DNA of 64,000 bases from an uncultured Alphaproteobacteria bacterium. GTDB taxonomy: Bacteria; Pseudomonadota; Alphaproteobacteria; CAAGCB01; CAG-977. This document shows positions 1 to 9,559 of the stretch, one piece after another. Positions within the stretch are counted from its first letter, which is position 1. Every line of letters begins with the position of its first letter. Location of the stretch: positions 136,220 to 200,219 of the forward strand of contig CALXOZ010000002.1 in the NCBI GenBank assembly GCA_944390195.1, read 5' to 3'. Below the pieces are notes generated by a model. The model did no database searches and was not told the DNA's origin. It saw nothing but the letters and a program-made list of their open reading frames with translations. Both the position numbers and the translations under genes were made by a program.

Positions 1-1050
1 TCTTTTTGCGACAAAAAAATCGGCCAAAGCTTGATATAAAGCGGCATTATCCAAATTTTGTCCTTTTTTTCGGCAGAATGCTGCAAAAGCCTCTTTACGT
101 TCTTCAGGTGCGTCCTTGAAGTCATCAAAGAGAAGTTGAAAGGCTTTTTTCTTTAACCGTGTTACGGATTTATAATCAACCAAAGGCATCTTTTTGACTT
201 TTTCCAAATCCGCTTTAAACTCTTTTGATTGTACATACTCTTGCAAAGCGTTGCATTCCCGAGCTTCGGGTATGGCCATAACGTCAATATACAAGGGGTT
301 CAAATACAAGCGCGAAGAAGAATAATAAGGACTGGCAGTTTCCGGCTTTGCCATAAAAGACACATTAATCGGGTTAATACCCAACAGATCGGCTCCGAAA
401 TGCTTTGCCAAACGCACCATTGACTTCAGATCTGAAAAATCGCCGATCCCCCAATTGTTTTCAGAGCGTAAAGCATATAATTGAACAGGGAATCCCCATG
501 GTTTTTTCCCATTTTGCACAGACTGAGGCATATAGCACTTTTCAGGAGCAACGACTAAAACCATGGATTGCCCTTCTTTTACCAGAAAAGCTCCGGATAC
601 ATTTAATGTATGATACCCCCATTGATCCGGACGTTCTACAATCAAAGAGCGATGTTCAAATTCATTTTCGCCGATTTTCATTGTTGCCGTAACAGGCATT
701 TCCTCTATTTTCTTTTGTCCTGAAATAACTTCCCCATTTTCCAAAACAATTTCGTAAGACAAAATATCATGAGGATGCGTCGTTTCAAAAGTAACAGGTA
801 TTTCCAGCATTTTTTTGTTACAAGAAACAACAAGAACTGGAGGTAAAGCCGTTCGAAAAGGTTTTTCCAAAATAGTCTGTAAGCTGCTGGCAGCATCTTT
901 CGGGGTTTCGACACACACACCCAATGATGACAACAATGCTTTTTTGGTTGCAAAAGAAGTGGGATAGACACCGCCTTCAGCTTGATATTCCGGCAAAATT
1001 CCAACTTTTTCAGCCAACAAATCTATTATCTCAGTATAATCTTGCGTCAC
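1..1050 (-). CDS. malQ: 4-alpha-glucanotransferase (amylomaltase, GH77), 5' part only; continues past window start
   Basis: Absent from the ORF track because it has no stop inside the window. Hand translation of the minus strand from GTG at 1050 gives VTQDYTEIIDLLAEKVGILPEYQAEGG...LYALRSENNWGIGDFSDLKSMVRLAKHFGADLLGINPINV...SPYYSSSRLYLNPLYID. It stays open to position 1 (350 codons). LY-x-LRS-x2-WGIGDF is the classic MalQ motif. Starts 12 nt downstream of the glgX stop. Confidence 0.85.
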   Translation of the reverse strand, partial: MTQDYTEIIDLLAEKVGILPEYQAEGGVYPTSFATKKALLSSLGVCVETPKDAASSLQTILEKPFRTALPPVLVVSCNKKMLEIPVTFETTHPHDILSYEIVLENGEVISGQKKIEEMPVTATMKIGENEFEHRSLIVERPDQWGYHTLNVSGAFLVKEGQSMVLVVAPEKCYMPQSVQNGKKPWGFPVQLYALRSENNWGIGDFSDLKSMVRLAKHFGADLLGINPINVSFMAKPETASPYYSSSRLYLNPLYIDVMAIPEARECNALQEYVQSKEFKADLEKVKKMPLVDYKSVTRLKKKAFQLLFDDFKDAPEERKEAFAAFCRKKGQNLDNAALYQALADFFVAKR

Positions 1051-1062
1051 TTTTCATCATCC

Positions 1063-3402
1063 CTATATCAAACGGGTAAAACCATCTTTGTTTTCTTCTG
1101 TTTCAATATCAACCAACGTTGCGACAGGCCCCATCGGACCGTATGTCATAAAATCGAGATTGTCCAAATCTTTGATTGTTGCGACCAAGCGGTTGTTCTG
1201 AATATTTTGATAGACTTTTCCTAAAATCCCCGTCATTCCCTCTCGTGCATGAAGAATGGCTTTATCTTCATCATCCAAAGGCGATTCAAACAATAAAACC
1301 GACCAAGCGGGAATATTAAAAGAATCCCCTGATTTATATTGTTCTTTTTCAACAACGGGTTTATCCCTTGAAGTGTCCAAGATTAAATTCCACAATGTTT
1401 GCTTTCCGACATCGGGCAACAACCATTCAATACTTTCTTGAAATGAATTGAGAACAATGAAAAAACTGCTGTCCGAATAAAAACGCCCTTCTTCATTACA
1501 GAAAGCAACGCTCAGCCCCCCTGAAATCAAAGCCGAAAGGCTTTGAGCATAAGGCTTGTTCCAATCCGCCGGAGACATTTCCAAGCCTTCAGGAGTAAAC
1601 CACGTGATATCTTTTACAAGACTATCCCCTATTTTTTTACCTGTATAATAACGTTTACGCCTGAAAACGCGGTGTTCTTTGCGTAATTGGATCAAATGGC
1701 GGACGAAATCCTTAAAGGCTTCATCTTCCCGATCAATTTGATCCCAATTCAACCAACTGATCAAGCTGTCCTGACAATAAGCATTATTGTTTCCTTTTTG
1801 CGTACGACCGAATTCATCTCCGGCTGTAATCATCGGAACCCCAAGGGATAACAACAAAGTCGCCGCCATAGCTTTCATTCTTTTACGTCGCAAACTTAAG
1901 ACAACGGGATTCCCTGTTTCCCCTTCCACTCCACTATTCCAAGACTTGTTGTCATTCGATCCGTCTTTATTGTTTTCAGCATTGGCTTCGTTGTGTTTAT
2001 CGTTATAGCTGACCAAATCTTTCAACGTAAAGCCGTCATGAGCTGTTATGAAGTTAACGCTTGTCCACGGATGCCTTCCGCGATAACCGAAAATTTCACT
2101 TGACCCCGTCAGACAAGACGCCATGTGTCCGATTTGTCCTTTATCCCCTTTCCAAAAAGAACGAACCGTATTTCTGAAACGGTCGTTCCATTCAGACCAT
2201 CCGGGCGGGAAAGCGCCGACTTGATATCCGCCCAAACCGACATCCCAAGGTTCAGCTATCATTTTAACACGTTGCAAGACAGGATCTTGTTGAACAGCCG
2301 TTAAAAAACCGGCTTTATTTGTAAAGCCCGTGCCTGTACGCGCCAAAGTCGGAGCCAAATCGAAACGGAAACCGTCAATATGCATTTGTTCGACCCAATA
2401 ACGTAAGGAATCCATGACCAATTGGATCACACGCGGATGTTCAACGTTAAAAGAGGCGCCACAACCGGTTGTATCTTCATAATAGCGAGGATTGTCCTGA
2501 CGCAATCTGTAGTATACAGCATTATCAATTCCGCGAAAAGACAGGGTTACCCCCATTTGATTTCCTTCGCCGGTGTGATTGTAAACAACGTCCATGAAAA
2601 CTTCGATACCCGCCTCATGAAAAACGCGCACCATATTTTTGATTTCGCCAAGATCTGTCCCCGCCATATAGGAAGGATGCGGTGCGAAATAACAAATCGG
2701 ATCATACCCCCAATAGTTGTGCAAACCGGCTTTTAACAAATGATTTCCTGTAAAAAAGGCGCGTGTCGGTAACAGCTCGACAGCTGTTATCCCCAGATTT
2801 TTCAAGTAATTAACGGCTTGAGGCGTACTCATTGCGGCAAACGTGCCGCGTATTTGTTCATCTATTTCCGGATTTCTGAAAGTAAATCCTTTAAGATGGG
2901 TTTCATAAATAATCGTTTCCGACCACGGTGTTTGAGGCTTTTTATCCAGCCCCCACGAAAACGAATCATCAACGACGCAACATTTCGGAACAAACGGGGC
3001 ACTGTCCCTTCTGTCAAAGGACATATCGGCTTTAGGGCTGCCCGGTCGATATCCTTGCATTGTTTCATTGAAAATCAAAGGTCCGGTGATGGATTTCGTA
3101 TAGGGATCTATTAATAGTTTATTATGGTTGAACCGGTGTCCCCGTTCTGGATCATACGGACCGAAAACCCGATATCCATACAGTTGCCCTGGCATAATGT
3201 CTGGCAAATAAACATGCCATACTTCGTCTGTTTTTTCAGGCATGGCGATACGTTGTATTTCCCGTGTCCCCGTTTCATCAAACAGACATAATAAAACTTT
3301 TTCCGCATTGGATGAAAACAACGCGAAATTAACTCCTTTGCCATCCCAAGTCGCCCCTAAAGGATAGGGGCGACCCGGAAAAACACGTATTCCCGTTGGC
3401 AT
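1063..3402 (-). CDS. glgX: glycogen debranching enzyme GlgX (GH13) with about 70 aa of extra C-terminal sequence
   Basis: 779 aa ORF. N-terminus is MPTGIRVFPGRPYPLGATWDGKGVNFALFS. GH13 motifs DVVYNHT, GFRFDLA and EPWD are present. Start abuts the glgB stop (3402/3403). Confidence 0.9.
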   Translation of the reverse strand: MPTGIRVFPGRPYPLGATWDGKGVNFALFSSNAEKVLLCLFDETGTREIQRIAMPEKTDEVWHVYLPDIMPGQLYGYRVFGPYDPERGHRFNHNKLLIDPYTKSITGPLIFNETMQGYRPGSPKADMSFDRRDSAPFVPKCCVVDDSFSWGLDKKPQTPWSETIIYETHLKGFTFRNPEIDEQIRGTFAAMSTPQAVNYLKNLGITAVELLPTRAFFTGNHLLKAGLHNYWGYDPICYFAPHPSYMAGTDLGEIKNMVRVFHEAGIEVFMDVVYNHTGEGNQMGVTLSFRGIDNAVYYRLRQDNPRYYEDTTGCGASFNVEHPRVIQLVMDSLRYWVEQMHIDGFRFDLAPTLARTGTGFTNKAGFLTAVQQDPVLQRVKMIAEPWDVGLGGYQVGAFPPGWSEWNDRFRNTVRSFWKGDKGQIGHMASCLTGSSEIFGYRGRHPWTSVNFITAHDGFTLKDLVSYNDKHNEANAENNKDGSNDNKSWNSGVEGETGNPVVLSLRRKRMKAMAATLLLSLGVPMITAGDEFGRTQKGNNNAYCQDSLISWLNWDQIDREDEAFKDFVRHLIQLRKEHRVFRRKRYYTGKKIGDSLVKDITWFTPEGLEMSPADWNKPYAQSLSALISGGLSVAFCNEEGRFYSDSSFFIVLNSFQESIEWLLPDVGKQTLWNLILDTSRDKPVVEKEQYKSGDSFNIPAWSVLLFESPLDDEDKAILHAREGMTGILGKVYQNIQNNRLVATIKDLDNLDFMTYGPMGPVATLVDIETEENKDGFTRLI

Positions 3403-5619
3403 TTACAACTCCGATTTAACTTGCGGCACGAATATGAGTGTTGATAATGGCGGAACCGTAATTGACAAAGAACAAGGCCGTCCATTCCAGCCTTCTTCTT
3501 TAGCGTCGACACCTCCCATATTTCCCATACCGCTACCACCGTAAATTTCCGCATCGGAATTGAATATTTCGATATAACGCCCGATTTTAGGAACGCCTAT
3601 TTTAAAATTTTCACGCGGAACAGGAGTAAAATTGGAAACGACAACGACCATTTCGTCTTTTTGTTTTGCTTTCCGGATAAATGAGAAGATGCTTTCATCT
3701 GCATTGTCAGCATCAATCCATTCAAAACCGTTCGGATCGTAATCCTGTTCATACAAAGCCGGTGTTTCTCGATAGATACGGTTCAGATCCTTAACGGCGT
3801 TTTGAACACCGCGATGCATCGGATCATTTAACAAATGCCAGCTTAAAGACCCGTTAAAGTCCCATTCACGGTCTTGAGCGAATTCTCCGCCCATAAACAA
3901 CAATTTTTTACCGGGGAAGCCATACATAAAGCCGTAATAAGCGCGCAAATTGGCAAATTTCTGCCACCGATCGCCGGACATTTTATTTAATAAAGAACAT
4001 TTTCCATGAACGACTTCATCATGACTTAATGGCAGGACGAAGTTTTCATTATAGGCATACAACATTCCGAAAGTCATTTTATTGTGATGGTAACGTCGAT
4101 AAATCGGATCTTTTGCCATATAATCCAACGTATCGTGCATCCATCCCATGTTCCATTTATAACCAAAGCCCAATCCGCCCATGTATGTCGGACGTGAAAC
4201 CATCGGCCATGCTGTTGATTCTTCTGCAAAAGTCGCTGTTCCCGGACAATTTTCATACATTAATTCATTCGTGCGCTTTAAAAAGGCGACAGCCTCCAAA
4301 TCTTCGTGTCCGCCAAATTCATTAGGAATCCACTCGCCCGCTTTCCGGCTGTAATCCAAGTACAACATTGATGCGACGGCATCAACGCGCAACCCGTCGA
4401 TTTGATACTTTTTATTCCAGAACATTGCGTTAGAGGTCAAAAAGTTATTCACTTCACGTCTGCCGTAGTTATAAATTTTCGTTCCCCAATCTTTATGTTC
4501 ACCGCGACGCGGATCCGCGTGTTCATATAAAGCCGTGCCGTCAAAGTTTGCCAAACCGAAAGAATCTTTCGGGAAATGCCCCGGAACCCAGTCCATAATG
4601 ACAGCGATACCCACTTTATGAAAAGCGTCGACCAGGGCGCGGAAATCATCCGGTTTACCGAAACGGCTTGTCGGCGCATACAATCCTGTCGCTTGATATC
4701 CCCAAGACCCGTCAAAAGGATGTTCATTAACCGGCAACAATTCAACATGGGTATATCCCATATCCTTCACATAATTAACCAGTTCTTGAGCCATTTCTTG
4801 ATAAGTCAGATAACTGTTATCATCAAAATGCCGTTTCCACGATCCCAAATGGACTTCGTAAATGGAAACGGGGGCGTCAAGGGAATTGATTTTTTCACGT
4901 TTCTTTTCCCAGCCTTTTGCCTGCCACTCATATTTTTCCAAATCATAAACAACGGACGCCGTTGACGGACGTTTTTCTGCATAAAAAGCGACAGGGTCCG
5001 CTTTCAATGGTAAAATATTTCCATCCGGACCGATTAATTCATATTTATATAAGACACCTTCGGAAATATGCGGAATAAAGATTTCCCACACTCCTGTAGA
5101 ACCGCGAGGACGCATCATATGACGCCGACCGTCCCATTCGTTAAACGTTCCGACAACTGAAACCCGTCTGGCGTTCGGAGCCCAAACGGCAAAAGACACC
5201 CCGTCCACCCCGTCATGTTTTATGGGATGGGCACCCAAGCGGTCATATTCATCCAAATGAGACCCTTCCGACAAAAAATAAAGATCCATATCTCCTAAAA
5301 CAGGCGGGAAACGGTAAGGATCTTCTGTGTCATAGGATGATCCTATCCACAAGTCTATGCGTAAACGGTATTTGAAATATTCCCAATCGGCTGGAAATTC
5401 AAATTGGAACAATCCGGAATTATGCACCCTTTCCATTTGAGCCATGATTTTTCCAGTTTCATATTCCAACACATAAACGTTTTGCGCTTGCGGTTGAAAA
5501 GTACGTAACACCAGATCTCCATCTTTTCCTTCTTTATGCAGACCCAAAACAGAAAACGGATCTCCATATCCGGAGGTCACCAAAGCTTCTACGATACTTT
5601 CGTCCAAATAATTTTTCAT
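3403..5619 (-). CDS. glgB: 1,4-alpha-glucan branching enzyme
   Basis: 738 aa ORF with VSFAVWAPNARRVSVVGTFNEWDGRRHMM, DWVPGHF, GLRVDAVASMLY and WMHDTLDY, all typical GlgB motifs. Confidence 0.93.
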   Translation of the reverse strand: MKNYLDESIVEALVTSGYGDPFSVLGLHKEGKDGDLVLRTFQPQAQNVYVLEYETGKIMAQMERVHNSGLFQFEFPADWEYFKYRLRIDLWIGSSYDTEDPYRFPPVLGDMDLYFLSEGSHLDEYDRLGAHPIKHDGVDGVSFAVWAPNARRVSVVGTFNEWDGRRHMMRPRGSTGVWEIFIPHISEGVLYKYELIGPDGNILPLKADPVAFYAEKRPSTASVVYDLEKYEWQAKGWEKKREKINSLDAPVSIYEVHLGSWKRHFDDNSYLTYQEMAQELVNYVKDMGYTHVELLPVNEHPFDGSWGYQATGLYAPTSRFGKPDDFRALVDAFHKVGIAVIMDWVPGHFPKDSFGLANFDGTALYEHADPRRGEHKDWGTKIYNYGRREVNNFLTSNAMFWNKKYQIDGLRVDAVASMLYLDYSRKAGEWIPNEFGGHEDLEAVAFLKRTNELMYENCPGTATFAEESTAWPMVSRPTYMGGLGFGYKWNMGWMHDTLDYMAKDPIYRRYHHNKMTFGMLYAYNENFVLPLSHDEVVHGKCSLLNKMSGDRWQKFANLRAYYGFMYGFPGKKLLFMGGEFAQDREWDFNGSLSWHLLNDPMHRGVQNAVKDLNRIYRETPALYEQDYDPNGFEWIDADNADESIFSFIRKAKQKDEMVVVVSNFTPVPRENFKIGVPKIGRYIEIFNSDAEIYGGSGMGNMGGVDAKEEGWNGRPCSLSITVPPLSTLIFVPQVKSEL

Positions 5620-5622
5620 AAT

Positions 5623-7191
5623 TCATTCTCCATCCAGGTCAATCAAACGAGACAATCCATTCATCGGAATTTCCAACCAATCCGGTCGATTGGCGACTTC
5701 ATAGATGACTTCATACAAAGCTTTTTCCAAAGTAAACAGATCTAGCGATTTCAAAGTTGTTTCTTTTTCAGCCGGCAAAGAAGCGCACCCCTGCATATGT
5801 TCGAAATAAGAATCAAGAAAAGCCTTTGTCGCCTGTTTTTGCCATTCAGCGGCCAATTTAAAAGCTTCCTGCCTGTTTTCGGGAGCAACATATGTCAAAA
5901 CCGCACCGAAAGCGGCGTAATCGAAAGAACGAACCATTCCGGCAACGTCTTTAAGAACGGATTGTTTAATTTGACGTTCTGAAATTGGACGCAACGGCTC
6001 CCCTTCAAAGTCGAGAATATAAAAATCCCCCTCTTTGTTCAAAACCACCTGTCCCAAATGATAATCACCATGGAAACGTGTCTTGTTCCCGTCCGCGACA
6101 ACAGGCAACAAATCGTTAATCCGGTTGACTATTTTTTCTCTGTTATTAATCAGTTGTTCGACACGTTCTTTAACACTGCCCTCCAAATGATCCACATTTG
6201 CCCGTGCAACATTTAATGTTTTATCCATTTGTGTAATCACTTGATCGCGCCAAGAAATCAAATCGTCCGGCGTTACCGCAGCAGGCTTGAAAACATCATC
6301 TTTGCCAGATGCAAAAGCTTTATGCATTTCCGCTGTCCGTTGTCCAAGCAAACGCACTTTATTCAAGTAGTCTTCGTAAGTCGAAGCCGTTCCTTTTGCC
6401 GAAGCTTCCGAAAAATACGCTTTCAAAAAGTCCATTGTATAAGACCAACCGTCACCGGTATTGGGAACGAACGACTGCAATATTCCCAAAGCCATTATTT
6501 TACCGTCGGCACATTTCAATTCCAATTTTCCCAAATAAGCGGGCGTATTTTTAAATTTTGCCTCTTCCGTCAAGAAACTGGTCGTTGCGACTTCCGGATG
6601 TGAACCGTAAGCGGTACGCCTGTACATTTTCAGCATAATTTTATCGCCGACGATTAACGACGTGTTGCTTTGTTCCACCCCCAGCATTTTTTGAGGCAAT
6701 CCGGCGACTTGAGCGATCAAAGATTTCCCGTTCACAGTGGAGGAACCTGACAAAGTCATTCCGTCTTTCATTTCCACGGACGAATCTTTTTCCAAAAGCG
6801 GCAATAAAGTTGCCGCAAAATCACTATCGCCACAGGCGTCATAAATAACACCCTTGTTATTTTCGCTGATAACACCAGTGATAATCGCATTTTCTGAAAT
6901 GGTTTCCGCTTCTTCACCAAAGCGCATGCGCAAAGGAATTAAAAACATCGGCTTCTCACCGCTTTTCAAAGCGACAAGAATGACTGCCAAAATAACATCT
7001 TCCAAAGAAATCAATGCCTGAAAAGAAACTGCGGCTATTATGTCGTCTTTTGCGCTGTACCAGCGTTTAGATGGCAAAAAAGCCTCCAGTTTCCGACAAA
7101 AAGAATCTTGAAAAACCAAATCTTTGAATATTTCATTCAGATTTTCCTTTTCGATTGATAGAAAATCTTGATCTTTTAAACTGGAAAGCAT
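5623..7191 (-). CDS. mak: maltokinase (maltose 1-phosphate-forming), stand-alone Mak/Pep2
   Basis: 522 aa ORF with a kinase core FHGDYHLGQVVLNKEGDFYILDFEGEP. The N-terminal LPSKRWY region resembles the Mak N-terminal cap. Lies between glgE and glgB, as in GlgE-pathway loci. Confidence 0.8.
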   Translation of the reverse strand: MLSSLKDQDFLSIEKENLNEIFKDLVFQDSFCRKLEAFLPSKRWYSAKDDIIAAVSFQALISLEDVILAVILVALKSGEKPMFLIPLRMRFGEEAETISENAIITGVISENNKGVIYDACGDSDFAATLLPLLEKDSSVEMKDGMTLSGSSTVNGKSLIAQVAGLPQKMLGVEQSNTSLIVGDKIMLKMYRRTAYGSHPEVATTSFLTEEAKFKNTPAYLGKLELKCADGKIMALGILQSFVPNTGDGWSYTMDFLKAYFSEASAKGTASTYEDYLNKVRLLGQRTAEMHKAFASGKDDVFKPAAVTPDDLISWRDQVITQMDKTLNVARANVDHLEGSVKERVEQLINNREKIVNRINDLLPVVADGNKTRFHGDYHLGQVVLNKEGDFYILDFEGEPLRPISERQIKQSVLKDVAGMVRSFDYAAFGAVLTYVAPENRQEAFKLAAEWQKQATKAFLDSYFEHMQGCASLPAEKETTLKSLDLFTLEKALYEVIYEVANRPDWLEIPMNGLSRLIDLDGE

Positions 7192-7287
7192 GAAAAAAAC
7201 CTGACTTGTTAACTGTTAAAAAAGTATGACCTGACTAAATCAAAAGTGACAACTGTCATTCAGCCGTCACTTTATAAAAAGTTTACC

Positions 7288-9402
7288 TTACCACCAAGAT
7301 TTGTCAATCGGTGTAATTCGATAAATTTCCGCTTGATTGCCCGCAGGATACAGATTTACCCAGAACTCCGCGCCTCTGACTTCGAATTGCCTGCCACTGA
7401 GCAATTCTTCGACCCAGAAGCGTCCTCCGGGGGCTATGCCCATTTCATCTGTCGGGAACCAAACCCTGCCTGCCTGACCGTGATATGGATCCAGACTGAT
7501 TGCAACAAAGATCATATTATCCCTATTGGGTGTCATCTTGCCGTAGAACATGATCTTATCGTTTTCAGAACCGTAAAAACGGAGATTTTCATATAATTGA
7601 AGAGCATAATTTTCTCCGCGGATCCAATTGATTTTTGCAATCAAGTCTTTGATATTTCCCCAAGCGTTCCAATCACGCGTTCTGATTTCATATTTTTCGG
7701 AATTGTTAAATTCCTCTTTGCCGTAAATACCGTCGTTTTCGCATAATTCATAGCCGTTCAGCATACCGTAGGACGGGGATAGCGTCGCCGCCAGAATGAA
7801 ACGGATGATAAAAGCGGAACGAGGAGCGTCGTGCAAATAAAAAGGCATGATATCCGGCGTTGTCGGAAACAGGTTCGGTCGAAAATACTCTTTCATTTCC
7901 GATTGCGTCAATTCATTAAAGTACTCTTCCAATTCATGTCGCGTTTCCCGCCATGTAAAGTATGTGTAAGATTGCGAAAAACCGATTTTTGCCAACATTT
8001 GCATCATAGGCGGACGAGTAAAGGCTTCCGCCAAAAAGATGGTGTCAGGATATATGTTTTGAATTTCACGGATCACCCATTCCCAGAACGGAACAGATTT
8101 CGTATGAGGATTATCAATTCTGAATATCCGGATTCCCTCGTTCGCCCAAAACAAAAAAGTATCCCGAAGTTCAATCCACAAGGCATCACTTTGGTTCGAA
8201 TAAAAATCGACATTGACGATATCCTGATATTTTTTAGGCGGATTTTCGGCATATTTTATCGTGCCGTCCGGACGGAATATGAACCATTCCGGATGTTCTT
8301 TAATCCAAGGATGATCCGGAGAACATTGAATGGCGAAATCCAAGGCGACTTCCATATTCAATTCATGCGCTTTGCGTACAAAAGAGCGGAAATCGTCCAT
8401 AGTGCCTAATTGTGGATGAATGGCTTTGTGCCCTCCTTCATGCGAACCTATGGCATAAGGAGAACCGACATCCCCCGGTTCACAGACCAAAGAGTTGTTT
8501 TTTCCTTTACGATGGGTATACCCGATCGGATGTATCGGTAACAGATAAACGACATCAAACCCCATTTCTTTAATTTCCGGCAAGCGGGCTTCTCCGTCTT
8601 TAAAAGTGCCGTGTACGCCGGGATAAGCCCCTTGTGAACGCAGATCCATTTCATACCAAGCCCCGAAACGGGCGCGCGGTCTATCGACATAAACCTCCAA
8701 TTCACGATCGTAACGTGTCGCTTTTTCCCTGTCCGGCCAACGATCCATCGCCTCTAACATTTCGCGACTCATCAACAGGTTGGCGCATTCATATTCATCA
8801 TTGCTTTTATCAAAGCGTGACAATATCTCTGTAAAGAAATCTATATCATGTTCACGCGCTTGGAAATCACGGACTTCCGTTGTTTTTTTCAAACGTTCCA
8901 ACGTCTTACGAACAATATCGGCTCCTTCGACCAACTCCAGTGCGACCCCTTGTCCCGCATCGCGTTTTTTCATTGTACCGTCGCGCCATGTTCCGAATTC
9001 ATCGACCCAAGCTTCTATGGTATAAACATAACGCGTATTATCGCCAAACCAAAGGTCGCCGCCCCATAACGCCAAGCCGTGGTTGATTTCCCACATCGGC
9101 GCTTCCCACCATTCATCTGAATCGGCATGACGGCATAAAATGACCGCTTTTAACAAGTCGTGCCCGTCTTTGAAAATATTCGCCCAAACTTCCATCGTAT
9201 CGCCGACTTCGCGTTTAACGGCGTATCTGCCTGCGTTAATTTGCGGACTGACATGTTCTATGGTTATCGGAGAACTTGCTGCGAAATCCATCAAATGATG
9301 TTTTTTTTCTTTAATGACCCAACCGCGTTTGCTGACGTCGGAAACATCTGAACCACTGATAACAGGGGTTTTTTTAGGCTTTATCTTTCTTTCTTGAACC
9401 AT
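7288..9402 (-). CDS. glgE: alpha-1,4-glucan:maltose-1-phosphate maltosyltransferase
   Basis: Motifs VYLLPIHPIG, ALDFAIQCSPDHPW, FRIDNPHTK and FLAEAFTRP are present. The track ORF starts at 9474. I prefer ATG at 9402 (MVQERKIKPKK) because AAGGAG lies 9 nt upstream. Confidence 0.88.
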   Translation of the reverse strand: MVQERKIKPKKTPVISGSDVSDVSKRGWVIKEKKHHLMDFAASSPITIEHVSPQINAGRYAVKREVGDTMEVWANIFKDGHDLLKAVILCRHADSDEWWEAPMWEINHGLALWGGDLWFGDNTRYVYTIEAWVDEFGTWRDGTMKKRDAGQGVALELVEGADIVRKTLERLKKTTEVRDFQAREHDIDFFTEILSRFDKSNDEYECANLLMSREMLEAMDRWPDREKATRYDRELEVYVDRPRARFGAWYEMDLRSQGAYPGVHGTFKDGEARLPEIKEMGFDVVYLLPIHPIGYTHRKGKNNSLVCEPGDVGSPYAIGSHEGGHKAIHPQLGTMDDFRSFVRKAHELNMEVALDFAIQCSPDHPWIKEHPEWFIFRPDGTIKYAENPPKKYQDIVNVDFYSNQSDALWIELRDTFLFWANEGIRIFRIDNPHTKSVPFWEWVIREIQNIYPDTIFLAEAFTRPPMMQMLAKIGFSQSYTYFTWRETRHELEEYFNELTQSEMKEYFRPNLFPTTPDIMPFYLHDAPRSAFIIRFILAATLSPSYGMLNGYELCENDGIYGKEEFNNSEKYEIRTRDWNAWGNIKDLIAKINWIRGENYALQLYENLRFYGSENDKIMFYGKMTPNRDNMIFVAISLDPYHGQAGRVWFPTDEMGIAPGGRFWVEELLSGRQFEVRGAEFWVNLYPAGNQAEIYRITPIDKSWW

Positions 9403-9559
9403 ACAGAAATTCTCCTTAAAAAATTTTTTGTCAGTATATACAAGATATCCTTTTTTTTCTACATTTTTAAGCACTTAATCTATCAATTTTTATTGCTTTT
9501 ATGCAAAGCTGTGATAGCATCTTTTCACCTTATCCCTTTATTTTTTTCAGATTTTCGCA

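Noticed and set aside
705-1004. 99-aa minus-strand ORF from the track (MEFCRNIKLKAVS...)
   Set aside because: Cys/Trp/Lys-rich nonsense composition. A different minus-strand frame across the same DNA encodes an unmistakable MalQ N-terminal region, so this is an out-of-frame shadow ORF.
7831-8409. 192-aa plus-strand ORF antisense to glgE
   Set aside because: Lies entirely inside a well-conserved gene on the other strand. Arg/Phe-rich composition typical of antisense frames, with no SD.
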